Assembly (NCBI GenBank): GCA_963796055.1
Contig: CAWCKH010000001.1
Coordinates: 160,001-224,000, forward strand
Reading direction: 5' to 3'
Length of the DNA: 64,000 nucleotides
Source of the DNA: an uncultured delta proteobacterium
Lineage (GTDB): Bacteria; Myxococcota; Myxococcia; Myxococcales; Myxococcaceae
The number at the start of each line of letters is the position of its first letter. The first letter of the stretch is position 1. Below are positions 36,982-47,005 of this stretch, one piece after another. The notes under the pieces are model-generated. The model worked only from the letters and a program-made list of their open reading frames with translations, was not told the origin of the DNA and made no database searches. The translations under genes were made by a program, and so were the position numbers.

Positions 36982-38922
36982 TCAGCCGATGCCGAAACGC
37001 GCCAGCAATTCGGGGAGTCGCTGCGTCAGCCCCAGGCGCGCCGCGGCGGCCTCGAGCATCCGGCGCTCCTGGCGGTCCACCTTGCCGTCCACCAGCGCGA
37101 TCTGCACCAGCGAGCGGAGGAAGCTCTCGCCGCCCGGGCCCGGGGGCGGAACCAGCCGCTCGAACAGCGCCGGGTCGGCCTTCAGCGCCAGCTCCACGTT
37201 CTCGTAGGGCACGCCCCAGCGCTCGGCGCACAGCTTGAGCATCCGCCGCTCGCGGTCGTCCACGTCGCCACTCGCCGCGGCCATCGCCGCCATGGTGTAC
37301 AGGAGCCGCTGTCGCTCGGCCACATCCAGGACCGTGTCCCGGGCGGCCGCCGGCACCTGCGCCGCAGCCTGGGCACCCGGCTGCGCCCGCGACCGCGCCG
37401 CCCACACCTCGAACGGCTCGGCCCGGCAGAGCACCCAGTCGTGGGCGCCGTCGTTCAGGGTCGCCCCGCAGTGCTCGCAGGTGGGCTGCACCGAGTCCCC
37501 CAGCGGCGCCCCGCAGTTGCCGCACCGTGCGGTCGCCATGCCTCGCGTCTGGTCCGTCCTCACTGCTGCCTTGCGCTCGAGAGTGAAGATCCACCGCTGG
37601 GGCAAGGTGGCCAGGGTCCCGGGGGATGCGCCCGCGGGAACCACGCCCATCCGCGCGCTCCAGCGGACCTCCACGTGCGCCAGGGTCGTCGCCGGCCCGG
37701 TCTCGATGCCCCGGACCGCCACGCTTCCCACCGCCGCCTGGAGGAAGACCCGCCGGCGCTGCCGCCCCCGCAGCGCGGCGTCGTCCGCCGTCATCTCGGC
37801 CAGGAAGCCGGACGTGGCCAGCTTCGCCATCCGCCCCGGCTCCCCCCGCGACTGCGCGTCGATCCAGCCCCAGAAGAGCAGGGAGGCCCGGTCCTCCAGC
37901 ACCTCCAGCGACAGCGCCGGGTCGGCGGCGCGCAGCCCGTCCAGGCCCGGCACCTCCACCGGCGCACTGCCGGCCTCGACGGCCTGGGTGATCTCCGCGA
38001 GCACCCAGTCGTAGGCACCGCTGTTCACGATCGCGCCGCAGTAGGTGCAGTTGCCCGCAGCGCCTCCGTCGAACGGGGCTCCGCAGTTCGGGCACTTGCC
38101 GGGCGGCAGCGCCCCGTCCGTCCGGGACCGGGTGCCGGGCCGCCGCACGAACGACCACACCTCGGTGAACGGCTCCAGCGGGGCACGGCGCGCCCGGGCC
38201 ATCGCCTCATCGAGCGACAGCGACACCGGTACGTCCAGGTCCCGGGCCTGGGCCCGGATTCGCACGTGCAGGGTGTCGAAGGCCGAGGTTCGCTCCAGGC
38301 CCACCGGCTGGAGGTCCAGCACCGCCATGTCTGCGGTCACGTTCCGCACGGCCTGCGCGCGGAGCAGATCGAGCTGCACCCGGAAGCGCTGGAAGGTCGC
38401 GTCGGAGAGGTCTCGGCGCACCGGCCCGAGCTCACCCGACGCCCACGCCGCCTGCACCCGGAGGAACAGCGACTTCACCTGATCGAGGAAGGCCACCAGG
38501 TCGAACGCCGGGTCGGAGGCGTGCAGCGCGTCCACCCAGCCCGTCACCTCGCGGGCCGAAGGAGGGGAGACGCCCCGCGCGTCGGCCGCCTCGAACGCCC
38601 GCTGCGTGCTCGCCGTTGCCCCGAAGTTGCGCGTGTACGCCCGCCACACCACGAACACCACCCCGATCAGCGCCAGGGTGAACACCGGGTGGCCCAGGAA
38701 GAAGAGCAGCAACCCCAGGTCGCTCCCCGAGGACGAGCCACGGCCGCTGGACCAGGAGCTCGAGCCATGCGAGCCCGACGAGGACCACGAACCGCCGGAC
38801 GAGCGGGAGCTGGAGCTGCTCGAGCTGTGCGAACCGCTGTAGTGCTGCCCGCCACCGACCCGGGCCACCGCAGGGGTCGCCAGCATCAGGAGCAGGGCGA
38901 AGAAGAACGCGCGTCGATCCAT
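36982..38922 (-). CDS. Membrane protein with Tim44-like, zinc-ribbon and TerB-like domains
   Basis: Signal peptide, Ser/Gly tract, TM, DPAFD..FL...QAAW...EVWSF (Tim44-like) twice, CPNCG..CTYCG and CGNCG..CEHCG, and DG.VD..ERRML twice (TerB-like). Confidence 0.82.
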   Translation of the reverse strand: MDRRAFFFALLLMLATPAVARVGGGQHYSGSHSSSSSSSRSSGGSWSSSGSHGSSSWSSGRGSSSGSDLGLLLFFLGHPVFTLALIGVVFVVWRAYTRNFGATASTQRAFEAADARGVSPPSAREVTGWVDALHASDPAFDLVAFLDQVKSLFLRVQAAWASGELGPVRRDLSDATFQRFRVQLDLLRAQAVRNVTADMAVLDLQPVGLERTSAFDTLHVRIRAQARDLDVPVSLSLDEAMARARRAPLEPFTEVWSFVRRPGTRSRTDGALPPGKCPNCGAPFDGGAAGNCTYCGAIVNSGAYDWVLAEITQAVEAGSAPVEVPGLDGLRAADPALSLEVLEDRASLLFWGWIDAQSRGEPGRMAKLATSGFLAEMTADDAALRGRQRRRVFLQAAVGSVAVRGIETGPATTLAHVEVRWSARMGVVPAGASPGTLATLPQRWIFTLERKAAVRTDQTRGMATARCGNCGAPLGDSVQPTCEHCGATLNDGAHDWVLCRAEPFEVWAARSRAQPGAQAAAQVPAAARDTVLDVAERQRLLYTMAAMAAASGDVDDRERRMLKLCAERWGVPYENVELALKADPALFERLVPPPGPGGESFLRSLVQIALVDGKVDRQERRMLEAAAARLGLTQRLPELLARFGIG

Positions 38923-38947
38923 CGTCGCCGGGCGCCGGCAGGACGGA

Positions 38948-39001
38948 AGTGTAACGGGGAGAGTCGCCGTCTTGCCATCGGGGGCCGGGTCGACCTAGGT
39001 G
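38948..39001. promoter_or_regulatory. Overlapping divergent sigma70-like promoters sharing one -35 hexamer
   Basis: + strand TTGCCA(38972-77)-N18-TAGGTG; - strand TGGCAA (same bases)-N18-TACACT. Confidence 0.45.
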
Positions 39002-39034
39002 CCTGCGGGCGAGACATCGAGGGAGATTGCACAC

Positions 39035-39811
39035 ATGGGAACCTTCCGGGAGGAACGCCACGGGCCGGTCGAGATCTGGACGCTCGACGCCGAGGACACG
39101 CGCAACGCCATCAGCCGGGCGGTGCTGACCGAGCTCGAGGCCCGGGTGGCCCGTGTCTCCGGCGGCCAGGAGGTGCGTGCGGTCATCCTCACCGGCGCTG
39201 GCGACAAGGCGTTCTGTGCGGGGGCCGACCTCAAGGAGCGCGCCACGATGACCGAGGCCGAGGTGCGGGCGTTCCTCGGCGGACTGCGCCGCACCCTGCG
39301 CGCCATCGAGACCAGCAGCACCATCTTCATCGCCGCGATCAACGGCTCGGCCCTCGGCGGCGGCACCGAGCTGGCGTTGGCCTGCGATCTCCGGATCGCC
39401 GCGCCGGCCGCCGAGCTCGGGCTCACCGAGGTGCGCCTGGGCATCATCCCCGGGGGCGGCGGGACACAGCGGCTCCCCCGGCTGGTGGGCGCCGGCCGGG
39501 CCAAGGACCTCATCCTGACCGGGCGGCGGGTGAACTCGGCCGAGGCCTTCGCCATCGGGCTCGTCCAGCGCCTCGCCCCGGAGGGACGGCTCCTCGACGT
39601 GGCGCTCGCCGTGACCGAGCAGATCGCCGAGAACGCACCCCTTGCGGTGGCCGCGGCCAAGCGCGCCATCGACCGCGGGCTCGACCTGGGCATGGAGGAC
39701 GCCCTCGCCCTGGAGCTGGAGCTGTACGAGACGGTCCTCCGCTCGGAAGACCGCCTCGAGGGACTGCGGGCCTTCGCCGGGAAGCGACCGCCGGCCTGGA
39801 AAGGGCGCTGA
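39035..39811 (+). CDS. liuC: Enoyl-CoA hydratase family, likely methylglutaconyl-CoA hydratase (LiuC-like)
   Basis: [45 protein letters not shown]; adjacent carboxyltransferase and acyl-CoA dehydrogenase. Confidence 0.78.
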   Translation: MGTFREERHGPVEIWTLDAEDTRNAISRAVLTELEARVARVSGGQEVRAVILTGAGDKAFCAGADLKERATMTEAEVRAFLGGLRRTLRAIETSSTIFIAAINGSALGGGTELALACDLRIAAPAAELGLTEVRLGIIPGGGGTQRLPRLVGAGRAKDLILTGRRVNSAEAFAIGLVQRLAPEGRLLDVALAVTEQIAENAPLAVAAAKRAIDRGLDLGMEDALALELELYETVLRSEDRLEGLRAFAGKRPPAWKGR

Positions 39812-39829
39812 GCCTGCGGGCCGAGGGGG

Positions 39830-40174
39830 CTACGCGTTCGCCCGCTCGAGGTCCTGGGCCTTGTTCCGGGCCTGGTCGAAGAGGCTCATCGCCCGGTCCT
39901 TGACCTCGTTCCGCAGCTCGACTCCCGGCTTCGGGGCCAGCGCCAGCGCCACCACCGCGCCCACGATGCCGCCGAGGAGGAAGAAGGTGATGTCATTGGC
40001 CGTCCGGCGCGCCGGGGCATAGGGCACGACGCCCACCTTGCGGAGCAGCGCCTCCTTGTCGATGTCCATCAGGTCCAGATCGCCCAGACGATTCCAGAGC
40101 TTCACCGCGTCCCGGGCGAGGTGGGTGTACAGGTAGCTCTTGGTGAAGCCGCCGACGATGTCCGAGAACGCCAT
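39830..40174 (-). CDS. YtxH-domain small membrane protein
   Basis: AAGGAGG RBS; FLLGGIVGAVVALALAPKPGVELR matches the YtxH pattern. Confidence 0.85.
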   Translation of the reverse strand: MAFSDIVGGFTKSYLYTHLARDAVKLWNRLGDLDLMDIDKEALLRKVGVVPYAPARRTANDITFFLLGGIVGAVVALALAPKPGVELRNEVKDRAMSLFDQARNKAQDLERANA

Positions 40175-40268
40175 GGTGCGCTCCTCCTTCGGGGAATGGG
40201 TTGCTTGAACCCCCACGGTAGGAACGCCTGACAGGCGCGGCATCCCCCGTGCTAAGGCCCCTCGCCGC

Positions 40269-41798
40269 ATGCCAGCCGACGACACCTTGCGCGCGCGCCG
40301 CGCCCGCATCCGCGAGGGCGGGGCGCCCAAGTACCATGCCAAGAACTCCGAGACGGGGAAGCTGTTCGCCAGAGAACGCATCGCCCGGCTGCTCGATCCA
40401 GACTCTTTCGTCGAGGACGGGAGCTTCGCCAACGCCGCCGATCCCGAGCTGCCGGCAGACGGGGTCATCACCGGCCTGGGGAAGATGGGCGGGCGCCCGG
40501 TCGCCCTGATGGCCAACGACTCCACGGTGAAGGCCGGGAGCTGGGGCGCGCGCACGGTGGAGAAGATCCTCCGGATCCAGGAGACCGCGCGCACGCTCCG
40601 CGCCCCGCTGCTCTACCTGGTGGACTCGGCCGGGGCGCGCATCACCGACCAGGTGGAGATGTTCCCCGGGCGCCGCGGGGCAGGGCGAATCTTCTTCAAC
40701 GAGGTGCAGCTCTCCGGGGAGGTGCCGCAGATCTGCCTGCTCTTCGGCCCCTCCGCCGCCGGTGGCGCGTACATCCCGGCCTTCTGCGACCTGGTGGTGA
40801 TGGTCGAGGGCAACGCCTCGATGTACCTCGGCTCTCCCCGCATGGCGGAGATGGTCATCGGGGAGAAGGTCACCCTGGAGGAGATGGGCGGCGCCCGGAT
40901 GCACTGCTCGGTCTCGGGCTGCGGAGACGTGCTGGTGAAGACCGAGGACGAGGCCATCGCCGCGGCCAAGGCCTACCTCTCCTACTTTCCGCCCAGCTTC
41001 GCCGAGCAGCCTCCCATCGCCGAGCCGAAGGCCCCGGCGAGGTCCGGCAAGCGCATCGACGAGATCATCCCCGCCGACCAGAACAAGCCCTTCGACATGT
41101 TCGCCCTCATCCACGAGCTGGTGGATGCCGGCTCGTTCTTCGAGGTGAAGAAGCTCTTCGCCCAAGAGGTCATCACCGGCCTGGGGCGCATCGCCGGGCG
41201 GCCGGTGGGGATCGTCGCCAACCAGCCCAAGTACAAGGGCGGGGTGCTGTTCGTCGACTCGGCGGACAAGGCCACCAGGTTCATCTGGCTGTGCGACGCC
41301 TTCAACATCCCGCTGGTGTACCTGGCCGACGTGCCGGGCTTCATGATCGGCACCAAGGTGGAGCGGGCTGGCATCATCCGCGCCGGGGCGAAGATGATCT
41401 CCGCGGTGTCCGAGGCCACCGTGCCCCGCATCTCGGTGGTGGTGCGCAAGGCTTACGGGGCAGGGCTGTACGCCATGTCCGGACCCGGCTTCGGCCCCGA
41501 TGTCACCCTGGCGCTCCCCCAGGCGATGATCGCCGTGATGGGACCCGAGGCGGCGGTCAACGCCGTGTTCTTCAACAAGATCCAGGAGAAGCCCGAGGCG
41601 GAGCGCGCTGCGTACGTCCAGGCGCTCCGGGACGAGTACCGGGCCGACGTGGACCTCCTCAAGCTCGCCAGCGAGCTGGTGGTGGACGAGGTGGTTCCGG
41701 GCGACGAGCTGCGTGACCAGCTGGAGCGCCGGCTCGACCTCTATGCGCGCCGGTTCCAGCCCCGTTCGGCGAAGAAGCACGGCGTGTTGCCGGTGTAG
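40269..41798 (+). CDS. Acyl-CoA carboxylase carboxyltransferase beta subunit (likely methylcrotonyl-CoA carboxylase, LiuB-like)
   Basis: ARERIARLLD, DSAGARI, GPSAAGGAY, DVPGFMIG, RKAYGAG. Confidence 0.9.
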   Translation: MPADDTLRARRARIREGGAPKYHAKNSETGKLFARERIARLLDPDSFVEDGSFANAADPELPADGVITGLGKMGGRPVALMANDSTVKAGSWGARTVEKILRIQETARTLRAPLLYLVDSAGARITDQVEMFPGRRGAGRIFFNEVQLSGEVPQICLLFGPSAAGGAYIPAFCDLVVMVEGNASMYLGSPRMAEMVIGEKVTLEEMGGARMHCSVSGCGDVLVKTEDEAIAAAKAYLSYFPPSFAEQPPIAEPKAPARSGKRIDEIIPADQNKPFDMFALIHELVDAGSFFEVKKLFAQEVITGLGRIAGRPVGIVANQPKYKGGVLFVDSADKATRFIWLCDAFNIPLVYLADVPGFMIGTKVERAGIIRAGAKMISAVSEATVPRISVVVRKAYGAGLYAMSGPGFGPDVTLALPQAMIAVMGPEAAVNAVFFNKIQEKPEAERAAYVQALRDEYRADVDLLKLASELVVDEVVPGDELRDQLERRLDLYARRFQPRSAKKHGVLPV

Positions 41799-41830
41799 AG
41801 CGCCAGGGAGTATCACGGAGCCCCGAGACG

Positions 41831-42973
41831 ATGGAGCTGACCCTACCGGAGAGCCACCGCGCGCTGCAGGCCTCGCTCCGCGACTTCTGCGAGGAGCGGG
41901 TCAAGCCCTTCGCCCGGCAGTGGGACCACGACGAGAAGTTCCCCGCCGAGGTGGTGAAGGCCCTGGGCGAGCTGGGCGTCCTGGGGATCCTGATCTCCGA
42001 GGAGCACGGCGGCGCGGGGATGGACAGTCTCGCGGTGGCGGTGGCGGTGGAGGAGATCGCCCGGTACGACGGCTCGCTCGCGCTCACCGTGGCCAGCCAC
42101 AACGGGCTCGGCACCAGCCACATCCGCGTCTTCGGCAACGACGCCCAGCGGAAGCGCTACCTGCCGAAGCTGGCCACCGGGGAGTGGCTCGGGGCGTGGG
42201 GCCTCACCGAACCGGGGAGTGGCTCGGACGCCGCGGGCATGAAGACCACCGCCATCCGCCGGGGCGACCACTGGATCCTCAACGGCAGCAAGATGTTCAT
42301 CACCCAGGGGACGGTCGGTCACGTCTTCGTGGTCCTCGCGCTCACCGAGCCCCACAAGCGGCAGAAGGGCATCACCGGCTTCATCCTCGAGAAGGGCATG
42401 CCCGGCTTCAGCCAGCGGGCCATCCACGGCAAGCTGGGGATGCGCAGCTCGGACACCGGCGAGCTGATCATGGAGAACGTCGAGGTCCCCGATTCGCAGC
42501 GCCTCGGCGAGGTGGGGATGGGGTTCATCAACACCCTGCAGATCCTGGACAAGGGGCGCATCACCATCGGCGCCCTCGCCACGGGGCTGGCCCGCGGAGC
42601 GCTGGAGGAGTCGGCGCGCTACGCCCGGGAGCGCCGGGCCTTCGGCAAGACCATCGCCGATTTCGAGGCCATCCGCTGGATGCTGGCCGACATGCAGACG
42701 GAGCTGCAGGCCGCGCGCCTCCTCGTGCACCGGGCGGCGGTGCTGGCGGACAAGGGACGCCCCTACGGGCGTGAGGCGAGCATGGCCAAGCTGTTCGCCA
42801 GCGAGATCGCCACCCGGGCCTGCAACAAGGCGGTGCAGATCCACGGCGGCTACGGGTACACCCGCGAGTTCCCCGTGGAGCGCTACCTGCGCGACGCCAA
42901 GCTCTGCGAGATTGGCGAGGGCACCAGCGAGGTCCAGCGAACGGTCATCGCCCGCGAGCTCGTCAAGGGCTGA
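41831..42973 (+). CDS. Acyl-CoA dehydrogenase (possibly isovaleryl-CoA dehydrogenase, LiuA role)
   Basis: [45 protein letters not shown]; liu context. Confidence 0.92.
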   Translation: MELTLPESHRALQASLRDFCEERVKPFARQWDHDEKFPAEVVKALGELGVLGILISEEHGGAGMDSLAVAVAVEEIARYDGSLALTVASHNGLGTSHIRVFGNDAQRKRYLPKLATGEWLGAWGLTEPGSGSDAAGMKTTAIRRGDHWILNGSKMFITQGTVGHVFVVLALTEPHKRQKGITGFILEKGMPGFSQRAIHGKLGMRSSDTGELIMENVEVPDSQRLGEVGMGFINTLQILDKGRITIGALATGLARGALEESARYARERRAFGKTIADFEAIRWMLADMQTELQAARLLVHRAAVLADKGRPYGREASMAKLFASEIATRACNKAVQIHGGYGYTREFPVERYLRDAKLCEIGEGTSEVQRTVIARELVKG

Positions 42974-42983
42974 TGCCACGTCG

Positions 42984-43817
42984 ATGGAAGCGGATCGGCT
43001 GGCGAAGCTCGGGCTGACAGTGCAGGAGGGGGCGGCCGGACCCGAGGTCGTCCTCCCGCTCCAGGGCTCGGTGGTGAATCCGCTCACCCGCCGGCCCGTA
43101 CCGGCGGTGACCCTGGCCGTGGCGGAGGAGCTGCTGATCCCGGTGGATCCGCCCGAGCTGGTCGGACTGCCCCCGCTCGCCGTGGACGCACTGACCGAGG
43201 CTCCGGAGCTCGAGGCGCGCCTGCAGGCCGGCTTCGACGAGCACGTGGTCCGGCTCCAGGCGATGGCCAGCCGGCTGGAGGCGCTGGGGTTGGTGCCCTG
43301 CATCGACCCGGGCTCGCTGGAGGTCCGGGCCGAGGCCCAGCTCGGAGGGCTCCGAGTGCTCATCGGCGGGGACAAGCAGGGAAAGCTGCGGATCCTCGAG
43401 GTGCACCGGGCCGGCGCCCGGCTCCGGTCGGAGGTGGGGGCGCCGTTCGCCCTGTCCCAGTTCCCCGACGCGGGTTCACTGAGCGCCCATCTGCTCACCC
43501 TGGTGGGGGATGCCCCGGCCCCCCGGAGCGGGATCGGCTATGGCGAGCTGGCCGAGCGCTTCGGCCCCGCCGCGCGCGTGCCGCCCGCCAGCGCGCTCGA
43601 GCTGGTGAGCGACTTCGTCGTCGGTGGGGAGCGGTACCGCTTCGTCGCCGCCCGGGTGCGGGGCCGGACCTTCCGGGGACTTCTGGCCGGGCCCGACGGG
43701 AAGAAATGGGCGGAGCACTTCCAGCTCGAGGACTTCAGCGGGGTGGCCGACGTGGCGGCACGGGCCCTCGGCGTCTCCCCCGGGGACATCCGCTGGATCG
43801 AGGGGGACGAGCCATGA
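42984..43817 (+). CDS. Hypothetical protein
   Basis: Fills the operon gap, GC3-rich, ATGA overlap with meaB. Confidence 0.7.
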   Translation: MEADRLAKLGLTVQEGAAGPEVVLPLQGSVVNPLTRRPVPAVTLAVAEELLIPVDPPELVGLPPLAVDALTEAPELEARLQAGFDEHVVRLQAMASRLEALGLVPCIDPGSLEVRAEAQLGGLRVLIGGDKQGKLRILEVHRAGARLRSEVGAPFALSQFPDAGSLSAHLLTLVGDAPAPRSGIGYGELAERFGPAARVPPASALELVSDFVVGGERYRFVAARVRGRTFRGLLAGPDGKKWAEHFQLEDFSGVADVAARALGVSPGDIRWIEGDEP

Positions 43818-44845
43818 GCGCCTCGCTGGCGGACAGGGTGCTCGCCGGGGAGGTGCGGGCCGCCAGCCGCCTCATGCGCCGCATCGACGACGAGGACCCG
43901 GCCGCCACCGCCGACCTCCAGGCGCTGTTCCCCCGGACCGGGAAGGCCTATGTGCTGGGCATCACCGGCTCCCCTGGAGCAGGGAAGTCCACCTTGACGG
44001 ACCGGGTGGTGGCCCGGTTCCGCGCCCAGGGCCAGACGGTGGGGGTGCTCGCGGTGGACCCGACGAGCCCCTTCAGCGGCGGGGCCATCCTGGGGGACCG
44101 GATCCGGATGCAGGCTCATGCCTCGGACCCGGAGGTGTTCATCCGGTCACTGGCCACGCGCGGGTCCCTCGGGGGACTCTCCCGGGCCACGGGCGACTGC
44201 ATCCGGGTGATGGACGCGATGGGCAAGGACGTGGTGGTGGTGGAGACCGTCGGGGTGGGCCAGGACGAGATCGACATCGCCCAGATGGCCCACACCACCT
44301 TGCTGGTCACCGTCCCCGGCATGGGCGACGACATCCAGGCGATCAAGGCCGGAATTCTCGAGGTGGCGGACGTCTTCATCGTGAACAAGGCGGACCTGGA
44401 CGGCGCCGACCGGACCGTGCGCGAGCTGCGGCAGATGCTCGAGCTCCGCCACGCGCTGCACCCCCCGGCGACGGACCACGACCGGCACCACCGGCTCAAG
44501 GCGCGTGCCCACGGTAAGCCGGCCGAGCCTCCCCCGCCCGCGGACGAGTGGGAGCCCCCCATCCTCAAGGTCATCGCCGCGCGCGACCAGGGACTGGATC
44601 CGGTGATGGAGGCCATCGCCCAGCACCGCGGCTTCCTCGAGCGCACCGGTCAGCGCGCCGAGCGGGAGCGGGCCCGGGCCCGGATGCAGTTCCTCGCCCT
44701 GCTGCGCAACCAGCTCTTGAAGACTGCGCTCGACCGGCTCGAGGCCGAGAAGGGCCGCCTGGACGAGGTGGCCCTCTCCATCGCCCGCCGCGAGGCCGAT
44801 CCCTACGCCCTGGCGGAGACCCTGGCCCGGCAGCTCAGTACCTGA
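43814..44845 (+). CDS. meaB: Methylmalonyl-CoA mutase-associated GTPase MeaB/ArgK
   Basis: GITGSPGAGKST, AVDPTSPFSGGAILGDRIRM, ETVGVGQDE, GDDIQAIKAGILE, NKAD. Confidence 0.93.
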   Translation: MSASLADRVLAGEVRAASRLMRRIDDEDPAATADLQALFPRTGKAYVLGITGSPGAGKSTLTDRVVARFRAQGQTVGVLAVDPTSPFSGGAILGDRIRMQAHASDPEVFIRSLATRGSLGGLSRATGDCIRVMDAMGKDVVVVETVGVGQDEIDIAQMAHTTLLVTVPGMGDDIQAIKAGILEVADVFIVNKADLDGADRTVRELRQMLELRHALHPPATDHDRHHRLKARAHGKPAEPPPPADEWEPPILKVIAARDQGLDPVMEAIAQHRGFLERTGQRAERERARARMQFLALLRNQLLKTALDRLEAEKGRLDEVALSIARREADPYALAETLARQLST

Positions 44846-44848
44846 TCC

Positions 44849-45589
44849 ATGCCCGCCCCCACCCGCCCCACCGACACCGTGCTGCTCGCAGGCCTGTGCC
44901 GCAGGCTGGGTCTGGACTCGGTGGACCCGGTGCAAGGGCTGGCGGCCCTCACCCACAAGAGCTGGGTCAACGAGCACAAGGACGGCGGGGCGGACAACGA
45001 GCGGCTGGAGTTCCTCGGCGACGCGGTGGTGGACCTGGCGGTGAGCCACCGCCTCATGGAGCGCTTCCCGGGCGCCGACGAGGGCGAGCTGTCCAAGCTC
45101 CGGGCGCTGCTGGTGAACGAGGACAGCCTGGCCAGGGTTGCCCGGCACCTCGGCCTCGGCGACCTGCTCCGGATGGGACGCGGGGAGGAGCTGACCGGCG
45201 GGCGGGACAAGAGCTCGGTGCTGGCCGACGCGCTCGAGGCGGTCATCGGCGCCGTCTACCTGAGCAGCGGCCTCCCCGGGGCGATGACGGTGGTGGACCG
45301 GCTGTTCGGCGACCTGCTCCAGGGGGTGGCGGAGGGCAAGAGCGGGGAGGACTGGAAGACCCGGCTCCAGGAATTGGTCCAGACGCGCCTGCGCCAGTCG
45401 CCGCGATACCGGGTGGTCAGCGAGGAGGGCCCCGACCACTCCAAGACCTTCGAGGTGGAGGTCACCGTGGGCAGCGAGCTCTTCGCCCGGGCCCGGGGCC
45501 GCTCCAAGAAGGAGGCGGAGCAGGCCGCCGCGCGTCAGACGTTGACGATGCTCGATTCCGAGGCCAAGAAGGACCCTGGCGCGGGCTGA
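44849..45589 (+). CDS. rnc: Ribonuclease III
   Basis: NERLEFLGDAV signature, ADALEAVIGA, dsRBD (KTRLQE...GRSKKEAEQAAA). Confidence 0.97.
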   Translation: MPAPTRPTDTVLLAGLCRRLGLDSVDPVQGLAALTHKSWVNEHKDGGADNERLEFLGDAVVDLAVSHRLMERFPGADEGELSKLRALLVNEDSLARVARHLGLGDLLRMGRGEELTGGRDKSSVLADALEAVIGAVYLSSGLPGAMTVVDRLFGDLLQGVAEGKSGEDWKTRLQELVQTRLRQSPRYRVVSEEGPDHSKTFEVEVTVGSELFARARGRSKKEAEQAAARQTLTMLDSEAKKDPGAG

Positions 45590-45644
45590 ACACCGTCGAA
45601 CGCTCCGACGCCACCCACCCTCGACCCTCGGGATTCCTGAACGC

Positions 45645-46352
45645 ATGCGCATCGCTCGCACCGCAGCCGCCTTCCTGACCGTGACCCTCGCCCTGTCGGC
45701 CTGCGAGAAGCAGTCCGCACCTTCGGACAAGCCCGCCGCCCCATCGGCGCAGCCCACCGCGCAGACCGCGGTGCCTCCGGCGCCGCTCGCCTCGGGCGGC
45801 CCGTGGATGAGCAAGGCCGAGGCGGGGCAGGACCTCTGGGCGACGCTCAAGACCAGCAAGGGCGTCATCGTGGTGAAGCTGTTCAGCAAGGACGCGCCGA
45901 AGACGGTCGCCAACTTCGTCGGGCTCGCCACCGGAGAGAAGGAGTGGATCGACCCGCGCGACAACCAGCGGAAGCGGAGCCCGCTGTACGACGGCACCGA
46001 GTTCCACCGCGTCATCCCCGACTTCATGATCCAGGGCGGAGACCCGACCGGCACCGGCCGCGGTCAGCCGGGCTTCACCTTCGGCGACGAGTTCCAGAGC
46101 GGCCGCAAGTTCGAGAAGAAGGGCCTGCTGGCGATGGCCAACCGCGGTCCGGACACCAACGGCAGCCAGTTCTTCATCACCACCTCCACCCCACGCCACC
46201 TCGACGGAAAGCACACCATCTTCGGCGAGGTCATCTCCGGCTACTCGGTGGTGGAGGCCATCTCCCAGGTGAAGACCATGGGCGGCAACCGACCGGCCGC
46301 CCCGGTGAGCCTCGTCTCGGTGACCGTGTCTGACAAGCCGCCCCGAAGCTAG
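45645..46352 (+). CDS. Cyclophilin-type PPIase, lipoprotein
   Basis: Lipobox [37 protein letters not shown]. Confidence 0.93.
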   Translation: MRIARTAAAFLTVTLALSACEKQSAPSDKPAAPSAQPTAQTAVPPAPLASGGPWMSKAEAGQDLWATLKTSKGVIVVKLFSKDAPKTVANFVGLATGEKEWIDPRDNQRKRSPLYDGTEFHRVIPDFMIQGGDPTGTGRGQPGFTFGDEFQSGRKFEKKGLLAMANRGPDTNGSQFFITTSTPRHLDGKHTIFGEVISGYSVVEAISQVKTMGGNRPAAPVSLVSVTVSDKPPRS

Positions 46353-46390
46353 TAATGGGGGCGCTCCAGGCTCGGAAAGGACGACTGACG

Positions 46391-46942
46391 ATGGGGATGC
46401 TCGACGAGGTGAAGGCCGGCAAGGACCTGTACGCGCACTTCGACACCACCGAGGGCAGGGTGGTGGTGAAGCTGTTCAGCAAGGACGCGCCGAAGACGGT
46501 GGAGAACTTCGTCGGGCTGGCCACCGGAGAGAAGGAATGGACCGACCCCGCCACCCGGGCGAAGAAGACCGGCACACCGCTCTACGAGGGCACCATCTTC
46601 CACCGCTGCATCGGGGACTTCATGATCCAGGGCGGGGACCCGCTCGGCCGTGGGACCGGTGGCCCGGGCTACCAGTTCGCCGATGAGTTCCAGAGCGGGC
46701 GCCGGTTCGACAAACCCGGGCTGCTGGCCATGGCCAACGCCGGGCCGAACACCAACGGCAGCCAGTTCTTCATCACCGTGGTGCCGACTCCCTGGCTCAA
46801 CAACAAGCACACCATCTTCGGCGAGGTGGTGTCGGGGCAGGACATCGTCCGCCGGGTGGCCAACGAGATCCCCAAGGGCGCTCAGGATCGCCCGAAGACG
46901 GACGTGCGGATCAACAAGCTGACCATCTCCACGCAACCGTAG
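46391..46942 (+). CDS. Cyclophilin-type PPIase, cytoplasmic
   Basis: [50 protein letters not shown]. Confidence 0.94.
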   Translation: MGMLDEVKAGKDLYAHFDTTEGRVVVKLFSKDAPKTVENFVGLATGEKEWTDPATRAKKTGTPLYEGTIFHRCIGDFMIQGGDPLGRGTGGPGYQFADEFQSGRRFDKPGLLAMANAGPNTNGSQFFITVVPTPWLNNKHTIFGEVVSGQDIVRRVANEIPKGAQDRPKTDVRINKLTISTQP

Positions 46943-46988
46943 CCCGGGCGTCCCGGGCTCCTTGCCGGGGAGGCCGAGAGCGGCCTCC
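46941..46988. terminator. Two adjacent GC hairpins between the second cyclophilin and era (terminator or processing structure)
   Basis: agcccggg-cgt-cccgggct (46941-59) and ggaggccg-agag-cggcctcc (46969-88); no strong U-tract. Confidence 0.4.
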
Positions 46989-47005
46989 TCCAGACCACCT
47001 CCCAG

